A stretch of 32,000 bases of DNA, from the NCBI RefSeq assembly GCF_009734345.1, contig NZ_CP032551.1, positions 2,010,001 through 2,042,000 of the forward strand. Direction: 5' to 3'. The notes under the pieces were generated by a model that made no database searches, was not told where the DNA came from, and saw only the letters and a list, made by a program, of their open reading frames with translations. This stretch comes from Pseudidiomarina andamanensis (GTDB lineage: Bacteria > Pseudomonadota > Gammaproteobacteria > Enterobacterales > Alteromonadaceae). Positions 9,855-18,279 of the stretch are shown here, one piece after another (positions within the stretch are counted from its first letter, which is position 1; each line of letters starts with the position of its first letter). The position numbers and the translations under genes were made by a program.

Positions 9855-11960
9855 ATGCGCCTTAACGCTTTAACGCTAGCTGTTACTACAGCATTGATCA
9901 CCACACCACATATATCTTTCGCACAAGATACATCGACAGCCGTTGATGAAGTGATTCAAGTATCTGCAACCCGCACCTCGCAGCCAGCGAGCAGCATTGC
10001 TGCAACAGTTACTGTGATTGATGGCGAGGAAATTCGCGAACAGCTGGCTGTCGCAGACTCATTGTCGGATGTTCTTGGTAATTTAGTTCCTGCCTTTTCA
10101 CCATCACGCCAAAAGCTCACGAGCGCAGGCGAGACGTTACGTGGGCGTGAACCACTCTATTTAATTGATGGTGTGCCACAGTCCAACCCATTACGTAATG
10201 GGTCACGCGCAAGCTATACCATTGACCCGCTGATGATTGAGCGCGTTGAAATTATTCACGGCGCTAGTGCCATTCAAGGTATGGGTGCAAGTGGCGGTAT
10301 TATTAATATCGTGACGAAATCAGCAACGAACGGCTCAGAACAAGAATTTGTAGCAGGCTTAACAACCTCACCAGAAGAAGTTAGCGATGGTTTGAGCTAC
10401 CGCGCAGGTTATTTAACGCGCCACGTATCAGGCGATTGGCAGGTTGTTGCTGGCGCGCAGTTGCGTAGCACTGGCATGTACGTAGACGGCAATGGTGACT
10501 TCATTGGTACCGATGTCACCCAAGGTGATACCCAAGATTCTGAAAGCTTCGATTTGTTCACCAAAGTCGGCTACAACATCGACGACCAACAGCACATTGA
10601 ATTGATGGTGAACTACTTCAACTTGCAAGGTAACGGTGATTTTTCACCGATGACTGGTAACCGAGCTGAAGGTATCGCTGCCATTTCTGTGAAACAGCCA
10701 AGCGAAGGTGACCCAGCTGAAAACAAAGTCACGACTGCTACGTTAACTTATAAAAATAAATCAGTGTTAGGCGCTGATTTGAATTGGCAAGTGTTCTTAC
10801 AAGACTTCTCGGCACTATACGGTGGCGGACGCTATGCCACCTTCCAAGATCCTGCTTATGGCGACGATATTTTCGATCAATCACGTAACGACTCGAACAA
10901 GTTCGGTTCACGTTTAACGATGAATTGGAATGCGTTAGCAGATTCGCCGGTTGATTTAAGCGCCGGTGTCGATTACTTGCGTGACACAACCTTCCAAGAA
11001 CTGGCTCAAACCAACCGTAAGTGGGTGCCAGAAACAACGTTCGATAACTGGGCACCCTTTGCACAATTGCGTTATCAGCAAGATGGACTCACCGTCAGTG
11101 GTGGTTTGCGTTACGAATATGGCAAGCTCAATGTCGATGATTTCACGACGCTCTACACTTATAACAGCACCTTTGTTGAAGGTGGCGAACCATCATTCAA
11201 TGAATTATTACCAAACCTCGGTGTGGTCTATGCCTTTACTGACTCAGTGCGTGCGTTTGCGAGTTACTCAGAAGGTTTTAGCATGCCTGATGTTGGTCGT
11301 GTGCTGCGTGGTATTAATACCCCTGATTTAAGTGTTGATAGCTTCTTAGATCTGCAGCCGGTGATTGCCGATAACCGTGAAGTGGGTGTTGAATATCGTG
11401 GTCAAGCGATTCGCACAAGCCTCAGCTATTTCACTTCTGAGTCAGATTTAGGCGCACGTTTACAACCAAACGAAGATGGCATTTTCTCAGTTGCTCGTGA
11501 GCGCACTGAAATTGACGGTATCGAGTTCTCAGCAAGCTATGCACTGTCGAACACCACCAGCTTTGATTTGAACTATGCAGATACCGACGGTGAATATGAT
11601 AGCGACGCCGATAACGTGGTCGATACACAATTGGGTGGCCGTAACATTGCACCACGTCGTATGAATGTAAGCTGGCAGCAGCAATGGACCGATATGGTCA
11701 ACACGCGTCTGCAAGTAAACCATTTATTCGACCGTGATATCTACACCGGTGAGCAAGCCATCAATAATTTTGAAGGCTATCAAACCGTTGATTTGCAGAT
11801 GAACTACGATTCACCAGATTACGGTTTGTTCACTGTGGGTATCGAGAACCTATTGGATGAATATTACCTGACCTATTATGCGCAAACTGCTGGTGCTGAT
11901 CGCACTAACTTTGCTGGTCGTGGCCGTACAGTGAGCATCAATTGGTTCTATCAATTCTAA
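9855..11960 (+). CDS. TonB-dependent (siderophore/metal-chelate type) outer-membrane receptor
   Basis: 701 aa with a signal peptide. TonB-box-like DEVIQVSATR and plug-domain motifs (…IERVEIIHGASA…). The beta-barrel ends in the canonical terminal aromatic (…NWFYQF). Confidence 0.92.
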   Translation: MRLNALTLAVTTALITTPHISFAQDTSTAVDEVIQVSATRTSQPASSIAATVTVIDGEEIREQLAVADSLSDVLGNLVPAFSPSRQKLTSAGETLRGREPLYLIDGVPQSNPLRNGSRASYTIDPLMIERVEIIHGASAIQGMGASGGIINIVTKSATNGSEQEFVAGLTTSPEEVSDGLSYRAGYLTRHVSGDWQVVAGAQLRSTGMYVDGNGDFIGTDVTQGDTQDSESFDLFTKVGYNIDDQQHIELMVNYFNLQGNGDFSPMTGNRAEGIAAISVKQPSEGDPAENKVTTATLTYKNKSVLGADLNWQVFLQDFSALYGGGRYATFQDPAYGDDIFDQSRNDSNKFGSRLTMNWNALADSPVDLSAGVDYLRDTTFQELAQTNRKWVPETTFDNWAPFAQLRYQQDGLTVSGGLRYEYGKLNVDDFTTLYTYNSTFVEGGEPSFNELLPNLGVVYAFTDSVRAFASYSEGFSMPDVGRVLRGINTPDLSVDSFLDLQPVIADNREVGVEYRGQAIRTSLSYFTSESDLGARLQPNEDGIFSVARERTEIDGIEFSASYALSNTTSFDLNYADTDGEYDSDADNVVDTQLGGRNIAPRRMNVSWQQQWTDMVNTRLQVNHLFDRDIYTGEQAINNFEGYQTVDLQMNYDSPDYGLFTVGIENLLDEYYLTYYAQTAGADRTNFAGRGRTVSINWFYQF

Positions 11961-12988
11961 CCAAGCTGCATCGCTGGTTCGGCTTATTCTTTGGCATATG
12001 GCTCGTGCTCGTCGCTTTGACGGGCACGTTGCTATTATACAAAGTCGAATTATTGCAGTGGCGCTATCCACAGTTGCAGCTCGAGCAATTGCCGACTGAA
12101 CAAACTGCGGCTGAGGTTTTTGACCGCTACGACGATGGCTATGCCTACATGCCGCGCGAGGCGAATCCGTGGCTTGAAATTGTTACGCCATCGGGAGCAC
12201 GCCATTACTATAATGCGAACGGCGAACAAATACTCGAACGCCCGTACTTAAGTGACCTTGTGGGCATCATGGTGGAATTCCATCACCATTTGTTGCTCAA
12301 AGAACTGGGTAAAGACTTACTTGGTTATATCGGTTTCGCCGGATTACTTCTTGTTATCACGGGCATCATTCGTTGGTGGCCGCGTCATTGGTCTCGGCGA
12401 TTATTGACCATTCGCTGGGTATGGCCGTGGCATCGAAGTTTTGCTAGCTCCTTATTTCAGTTACATAAAGTGATTGGTAGCGTCTTATTTTTGCCGGTAT
12501 TCATCGGCATGCTTACCGGCACCGCCATTATGTATGCTGCGGCAGTGAGCGCTGGCTTAACGGCACTAGCGCCCGAGCAACAACCGCAACCGATGACGGC
12601 GCAGCAATGGCAGCAAGTAGCACCGGCGCATAATTGGCAGCAACGCTTTGACCGCGCGCGCCAATTATTACCTGAACATCAACCGCAACTTGTTTCGTTG
12701 TCGAACCTGAGTTTGCGTATGACGTTTCCGGGTGAATGGCATCCAAATGGTCGCAGCCATGTGCAATTTGATGCAGAGACTGGCGCGGTCACTAGCGTTT
12801 ACGATTTACGCTACGATAGTAAAGGCTACCAAGTCAGCCAGATGATTTTCCCAGTTCATGTTGCCGCCGTTGGCGGCTTAGCTTGGTTTATCGTCGTGCT
12901 TTTAGGCGGTTTAGCGTTAATTATTTTGCCGGTTAGCGGCATTTATTTTTGGTGCTGGCGTCAGTACAAAAAACGCTGTAGGTTGTAG
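11942..12988 (+). CDS. PepSY-associated TM-helix membrane protein (PiuB-like partner of the receptor)
   Basis: 348 aa. N-terminal ...LHRWFGLFFGIWLVLVALTGTLLLYK... is the typical PepSY_TM signature. It overlaps the receptor stop by 19 nt, suggesting an operon. Start choice is uncertain. Confidence 0.8.
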   Translation: MVLSILTKLHRWFGLFFGIWLVLVALTGTLLLYKVELLQWRYPQLQLEQLPTEQTAAEVFDRYDDGYAYMPREANPWLEIVTPSGARHYYNANGEQILERPYLSDLVGIMVEFHHHLLLKELGKDLLGYIGFAGLLLVITGIIRWWPRHWSRRLLTIRWVWPWHRSFASSLFQLHKVIGSVLFLPVFIGMLTGTAIMYAAAVSAGLTALAPEQQPQPMTAQQWQQVAPAHNWQQRFDRARQLLPEHQPQLVSLSNLSLRMTFPGEWHPNGRSHVQFDAETGAVTSVYDLRYDSKGYQVSQMIFPVHVAAVGGLAWFIVVLLGGLALIILPVSGIYFWCWRQYKKRCRL

Positions 12989-13005
12989 AAATTCCTGCAA
13001 CCTAT

Positions 13006-13878
13006 TTGAGTCGTGAGAAGTTCGTTGTGACCACTAAAATTGCCACGCTTGGCCCCGCCGGTACATTTTCAGAGCTTGCCGCTCGTGATTTTGCCAAACG
13101 CTACAGCAGTAGTGACATTGCTTTTTATTCCACTCTTCGACGCACAATTGATGCGCTAGAGCAGGGTGCCGATATTGTTGTGGTGCCAATTGAAAACATT
13201 GTTGAAGGCATTGTCTCGCCGGTTGTAGATAGTTTTGTACGCAAGCCATTACAAATTATTGCCGAAGTTTCGATTCCAGTGCGTTTTTCAGTGGTCATGA
13301 ATCATCCTGAGCCACAGCGATTGTTCGCGCAGTTTGTTGCGCAAGGTCAGTGCAGCGAATGGCTCACGCGGCATGCGCCCGATATTGTGACAACTGCAAG
13401 TAATACCGAAGCACTCGCTTTATTGTTGGCAAGCAACGAACCTGCGGCGGCACTTATTCCAGAGCATTTACTTGAATCAGAAAATACGGCGTCACAATCC
13501 TTTGCCAAGGTTGTGCATGACGTCACTGATTTCGCCCACAACGTCACTCGCTTTGTGGCATTGCAAGCAGCGCAACCACTCGCATTACCGAATCACGCCA
13601 GCGTTTATAAATCTGCTGTCGTGATTGTTGATGATGCCGATCACCCAGGGCTGCTTTTAGAGCACCTGCAAGCGTTTGCGGTACATCAGGTTAACTTGCT
13701 GTCGTTGGTCTCGCGTCCAACCGGGCAAAAGTTTGGTCAATATCACTTCTTTATTGAATTTGAAGGGCACTTGCAACATAACCAAGTGCAAGCGGCACTT
13801 AGCGCTATTAAGCTGCGTAATCGAGTTATTGAACTGGGTAGTTATACTTATTCTAGCTCAAGCTCCAGTTGTAATTGA
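13006..13878 (+). CDS. pheA: monofunctional prephenate dehydratase (PDT + ACT domains, no chorismate mutase domain)
   Basis: …KIATLGPAGTFSE…, the TRF motif (HNVTRFVAL) and an ACT-region SRP motif (LVSRPTG). The track start is TTG 13006, and GTG 13027 (MTTKIATLGP...) is an equally plausible start. Confidence 0.85.
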   Translation: MSREKFVVTTKIATLGPAGTFSELAARDFAKRYSSSDIAFYSTLRRTIDALEQGADIVVVPIENIVEGIVSPVVDSFVRKPLQIIAEVSIPVRFSVVMNHPEPQRLFAQFVAQGQCSEWLTRHAPDIVTTASNTEALALLLASNEPAAALIPEHLLESENTASQSFAKVVHDVTDFAHNVTRFVALQAAQPLALPNHASVYKSAVVIVDDADHPGLLLEHLQAFAVHQVNLLSLVSRPTGQKFGQYHFFIEFEGHLQHNQVQAALSAIKLRNRVIELGSYTYSSSSSSCN

Positions 13879-14930
13879 TCGTCGGGATCTGGCAGTGCAA
13901 CGCTGATACCAACTAGGCGCACCCCGCGGTGATTGCGGCGTTCCCATGCCTCACGCACTAAATGATAAAACAAGCTCGGCGATGCGGTTTGTGCGGTTCG
14001 CGATACTGTTGTTTGTTGGAAGTCACTAAATTTTAGCTTCACCGTTTGGTTTTTAATGTGGGTTTGTTGCCAGCGAGACACTCGCAATCGTTTCATAAGT
14101 TGTGGTAATAAAATTTCGTCAACAAACTGTTCTACCTGGCGTAATTGATGAAAGTCGCTGGGAAGCGTTTCTTCAACACCAACACTTTTTCGAATGCGCT
14201 CAGTAACCACTTGTCGCGGGTCAATGCCTTGGCAGCGTTGATATAACAACCACCCTGCTTTTTCACCAAGTAACTCTTGTAAGCGCTCAATGCTAGCGTT
14301 CTGGATATCACGCCCAAGGAAAAATCCCGAGTAATTCAAACGCTCCAAACTTTTAGGGCCAACGCCAGGAATACGTCTGAGTTGCAATTTAGCCAAATAA
14401 TCCTGCACTTGCTCAGGCGCGACAACAAACTGACCATCTGGTTTGTTCTCCTCACTGGCGATTTTCGCCACCATTTTTTGGTTCGAAATGCCGGCAGAAG
14501 CGGTCAATCCCATTCCCCGCAGCGTATGTCGGATACTTTCCATGGTGATGCTGGCGCTGCCCTGATAAAGCGTGTTGTCGGTTAAATCCAGATAAAATTC
14601 ATCAATTGATGCTGGCTCGACAATTGGCGTTGCCTCAGCGAGCACTTGAAACACTTGCTTCGACAATTCCCGATAGTAACCGTGATCGGGGGCCACGAAA
14701 TGTAGTTCCGGACAAAGTCGCCGCGCATGCGCACCACTCATTGCGCTGCGAACGCCATATTGGCGTGCTAAATAATTAGCTGTTGCCACAACCCCGCGCT
14801 CACCGCCACCGCCTACAGCGAACGGCCGGCTCTTTAAGCTTGGGTCGCGTAAAACCTCGGCGCTTGCAAAAAAAGCATCGAGATCTAAAAGTGCAATTTT
14901 ACGCGTATTATCTAGTGTGTTATCTGACAT
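13848..14930 (-). CDS. dinB: DNA polymerase IV (Y-family translesion polymerase)
   Basis: 360 aa. N-terminal IALLDLDAFFASAEVLRDP…, …SIDEFYLD… and …GVGPKS… motifs are typical of DinB. Confidence 0.93.
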   Translation of the reverse strand: MSDNTLDNTRKIALLDLDAFFASAEVLRDPSLKSRPFAVGGGGERGVVATANYLARQYGVRSAMSGAHARRLCPELHFVAPDHGYYRELSKQVFQVLAEATPIVEPASIDEFYLDLTDNTLYQGSASITMESIRHTLRGMGLTASAGISNQKMVAKIASEENKPDGQFVVAPEQVQDYLAKLQLRRIPGVGPKSLERLNYSGFFLGRDIQNASIERLQELLGEKAGWLLYQRCQGIDPRQVVTERIRKSVGVEETLPSDFHQLRQVEQFVDEILLPQLMKRLRVSRWQQTHIKNQTVKLKFSDFQQTTVSRTAQTASPSLFYHLVREAWERRNHRGVRLVGISVALPDPDDQLQLELELE

Positions 14931-14942
14931 AGCATGGAAGTG

Positions 14943-14971
14943 TTTAACCTTGGACGGAATCTGGCTATAAT
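14943..14971 (+). promoter_or_regulatory. candidate sigma70 promoter for the cytochrome c5 gene
   Basis: TTTAAC (14943-14948), 17 nt, perfect TATAAT (14966-14971). It lies 52 nt upstream of the GTG start at 15023. Confidence 0.4.
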
Positions 14972-15022
14972 CGCAACAACGAACCGAGCTAGCAAGCTCA
15001 TCAGCTTATACAGGAGTCCACT

Positions 15023-15451
15023 GTGAACGTACTGAAAGTCGTAAAATCAAGCCGTATTTGGGTTGCTGCACTGGCATTAACCGTTGGTAGCGCAAGCGCC
15101 GCTATGTTGCCACAACAAAGCAACGATGACATTAAAGAGCGTATTGCTCCAATTGCTCAGGTGCGAGTGGCTGGTGCAAACGCAGCAGCGAGTGGCGGTG
15201 GTGCAGCCAGCGCACGTTCTGGTGATGCAGTTTACAACAAATTCTGCGTAGCTTGTCATACTTCAGGCGTGTTAGGTGCACCAAAAATCAATGATGCAGC
15301 AGATTGGGAACCGCGCCTAGCACAAGGTATGGATACCGTATTGAAGCATGCGATTGAAGGTTATAATGCAATGCCGCCAAAAGGTACGTGCAACGATTGT
15401 ACTGATGAAGAAATTCAAGCTGCAATTGACTATATGATTGCTGAGATTTAA
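15023..15451 (+). CDS. cytochrome c5-family monohaem cytochrome (periplasmic)
   Basis: 142 aa with a signal peptide and a single CVACH haem-binding motif. Ala/Gly-rich linker, and …GYNAMPPKG…C…C… typical of the c5 class. Confidence 0.88.
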   Translation: MNVLKVVKSSRIWVAALALTVGSASAAMLPQQSNDDIKERIAPIAQVRVAGANAAASGGGAASARSGDAVYNKFCVACHTSGVLGAPKINDAADWEPRLAQGMDTVLKHAIEGYNAMPPKGTCNDCTDEEIQAAIDYMIAEI

Positions 15452-15485
15452 AGAAAAACTTCTTAAATTCACAATAGTTATATTC

Positions 15486-15511
15486 AAAAGAACCGCTTCG
15501 GCGGTTTTTTT
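15486..15511 (+). terminator. rho-independent terminator after cytochrome c5
   Basis: gaaccgc-ttcg-gcggttc-like hairpin (aaaagaaccgc / gcggtttttt) followed by a T-run. Confidence 0.85.
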
Positions 15512-15671
15512 GTGTCTGTAATTTGAGCAAAACACTTTTCTAACTTGTTGATGAAAGATATACTCAAGCGTTGTTTTTACTAAATGTTTACATAACTTTT
15601 ATTAGTAATAGCTGTTCTAAAAACACTCGGCGCTTCACTAACTATATAAAAAGTAAATAAAAACTAAAAAT

Positions 15672-18272
15672 ATGCAGCAGCCAAATGAGCTTGTGAAAAA
15701 GCAAAAGGAAATTGCGCGATTGCGTAAGGCTGTTGCACGTCTGCAAGATCTTGCTCTGAAATATCGCCAATCAGAAGTTATCCAAAAGGCTCTCTTTAAA
15801 ATTTCCGAACTGGCGTCGTCAGTTACCGACATGCAGCAATTCTACCAGTCGGTGCACAATATTATTGGCGACTTGATGGTCGCGAAGAACTTCTTTATTT
15901 GTTTGTATGACCAAGCCGAAGATACCGTTCAGTTCGTCTATTTTGTCGATGAGTACGATGATATTCCGTCGCTAGAATCAATACCTGCTGAACTTTTAGG
16001 CAAAGGTTTGACTGGTTATGTCATGCGCACCGGCAAACCATTTTTATACGATACGGAAGTTTTCAAACGCTTATTAGCCAGCGGCGAGATTCGCGATCTT
16101 GGCGCTGCGCCGGTTGATTGGTTGGGTGTACCATTACACTCAGATAATCGTGTGATTGGCGCCATGGTTGTTCAAAGTTACACCGAAGAAGTGCGGTATA
16201 GCGAAGCCGACAAAGAGCTATTTATGTTCGTGTCGCAGCATATCGTTAATGCTCTTGAGCGGGTACGTCAGCGCGAACTCATGCAAGCCGAGATTGAACA
16301 TCAAACAGCGCGACTTCGACAGATTAATGACGATTTAAAAACGGAAATTGCCGAACGTGAGCGAGCACAACAATTAAGTTCGGTTCTATTTTCTATTTCT
16401 GAGGTGACGAACACGTCAGACTCCATGAAAAGCTTTTATGAGCAATTGCATCGTCAAATCGGGCAATTGATCAATAACGACAACTTCTTCGTGGCGTTGT
16501 TAGACGATGATAAGAAGTTTCTTGAATTCCCATACTACGTCGATGCCTTTGACAACAATTTACAGAAGAAGCGGCCGTTGGCGCGAGGCATGACAGAATA
16601 TGTTATTCGTCATAAAAAGCCGGTGTTCATTGAAAGCGATAAATATTCTGAACTTATCTCTTCTGGCGAAGTAGAGGGCTCTACAAGTTACTATGGTACG
16701 CAGCCGACGCAGTGGCTGGGTTCGCCGCTTGTCGTTGATGACGAAGTGATTGGCGTTTTGTCCGTGCAAACCTACAGCGAAAAGGTAACCTACAAACAGG
16801 ACGACCTTGAACTGCTTAACTTCGTTTCACAGCACGTCGCGGTAGCTATTGAGCGCCGTCGCAATGCCGATGAAGTGCGCCGCGTAAATGCGTATCTTGA
16901 ACGCAAGGTAGCCGAGCGTACCGAAGAACTGGTTAGCGAGATTGAGCGTCGTAAAAAAGTTGAAGAAAAGCTGTTCTATGATGCCCACCATGATGCCCTA
17001 ACAGGTTTACCAAACCGCTCGATGTTCACTGAACGTTTACAGCAAACCTTAAAACATAAGCGCCGCTATCCACATCATAATTTTGCCGTATTGTTTGTCG
17101 ATCTTGATCGCTTTAAAGACATCAACGATACGCTTGGGCATTCAGCGGGCGATGAATTTTTGCTTGAAGCGAGTCGTCGTATTGGTGAGTGTATTCGTGA
17201 CAACGATACCATTGCACGCTTGGGCGGCGACGAATTTGTTATTCTTCTCGATATGATTCGTCATGTCGACGATGCTTGTGACATCGCTTCGCGCATTATA
17301 GAAAAAATGAAACTGCCTTTTGTGTTTGGTGAAAGTGAGCATTACTCAGGCGCCAGTGTTGGTATTGCTGAATGCAAATCGCGTAATGATTCAGCCGAAC
17401 GGTTGCTGCGTGATGCCGATGCCGCCATGTATCAAGCTAAGAGCATGGGGCGTGGTCGTTACGTGGTATTCGATGAGAGTATCCACAAAGATTTAGTGGC
17501 GTCATTAAACCGTGAGACCGAGTTGCGTCATGCACAATTCGACCAAGACTTTATCCTGCAGAAATTTACGGTACACGAACTCGGAAAAAATCAACCGGTT
17601 GCTCAAGAACTACTGCTGCGTTGGCAACGTGATGACAGCTTATTACCGGCGGATCGCTTCTTAGCGATTGCCGAGAAAACTGGCATGACAATGGCGCTTG
17701 ACCAATGGATGCTCACTCGCTGTTGCGAACTGCTTGCTTGTGATGACGAAGCATTACCGGTTTACGTTAGTATTTCCGCGAAACATTTATTTAAATTGGC
17801 CGATGTGAAAGCCATTCAGGAAATTATCACCGATTCGGGTGTGGCACCTGAGCGATTGATTCTTGAATTCAGTGAAACCGAGTTGCATGACAACTCGAAG
17901 CGTCAGTTAAGCTGTTTACGTCAGCTTGCCGATTTTGGGGTTGGCTTAGCACTCAACGATTTTGGTCGTAGTGCCGGTGCGTTGCAATACATTCTGAATT
18001 ATCCGTTCACGCACGTGAAGCTTGATCCGCGCTTTGTGGCGGATATTGCGACCAGTCAACGGGCGCAAACCATGGTGCGCAACGTGGTGCACTTGTGCCG
18101 CGATTTAGGCATTGAAATTTCAGCTTCAGGAATTGATACCACTGACCAGCAAAAGGCCTTAGTACATAATGGGGTGAATGTGGGGCAGGGATCACTGTTT
18201 GGGGAACCCGAACAGGTAAAGTCACCATTGCAGGACGAGCCGACTCAAGAGCAGTCGGCAGGAACGGCGTAA
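15672..18272 (+). CDS. GAF-GAF-GGDEF-EAL signalling protein (probable diguanylate cyclase with degenerate EAL domain)
   Basis: 866 aa. N-terminal coiled coil and two GAF-like repeats (…WLGVPL…VIGAMVVQSY… and …WLGSPL…VIGVLSVQTY…). Intact GGDEF (nt 17223-17237) preceded by an RxxD I-site (RDND) five residues upstream. EAL-like domain with ELL (nt 17607-17615). Confidence 0.92.
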   Translation: MQQPNELVKKQKEIARLRKAVARLQDLALKYRQSEVIQKALFKISELASSVTDMQQFYQSVHNIIGDLMVAKNFFICLYDQAEDTVQFVYFVDEYDDIPSLESIPAELLGKGLTGYVMRTGKPFLYDTEVFKRLLASGEIRDLGAAPVDWLGVPLHSDNRVIGAMVVQSYTEEVRYSEADKELFMFVSQHIVNALERVRQRELMQAEIEHQTARLRQINDDLKTEIAERERAQQLSSVLFSISEVTNTSDSMKSFYEQLHRQIGQLINNDNFFVALLDDDKKFLEFPYYVDAFDNNLQKKRPLARGMTEYVIRHKKPVFIESDKYSELISSGEVEGSTSYYGTQPTQWLGSPLVVDDEVIGVLSVQTYSEKVTYKQDDLELLNFVSQHVAVAIERRRNADEVRRVNAYLERKVAERTEELVSEIERRKKVEEKLFYDAHHDALTGLPNRSMFTERLQQTLKHKRRYPHHNFAVLFVDLDRFKDINDTLGHSAGDEFLLEASRRIGECIRDNDTIARLGGDEFVILLDMIRHVDDACDIASRIIEKMKLPFVFGESEHYSGASVGIAECKSRNDSAERLLRDADAAMYQAKSMGRGRYVVFDESIHKDLVASLNRETELRHAQFDQDFILQKFTVHELGKNQPVAQELLLRWQRDDSLLPADRFLAIAEKTGMTMALDQWMLTRCCELLACDDEALPVYVSISAKHLFKLADVKAIQEIITDSGVAPERLILEFSETELHDNSKRQLSCLRQLADFGVGLALNDFGRSAGALQYILNYPFTHVKLDPRFVADIATSQRAQTMVRNVVHLCRDLGIEISASGIDTTDQQKALVHNGVNVGQGSLFGEPEQVKSPLQDEPTQEQSAGTA

Positions 18273-18279
18273 CCTCTTC

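Noticed and set aside
14931-15022. LexA/SOS box upstream of dinB
   Set aside because: The best candidate, atCTGgctataatcgCAAca, matches the 20-nt gammaproteobacterial consensus at only about 10/20 positions and lacks the CAG arm. It coincides with the TATAAT of the divergent cytochrome c5 promoter. There is not enough to call.
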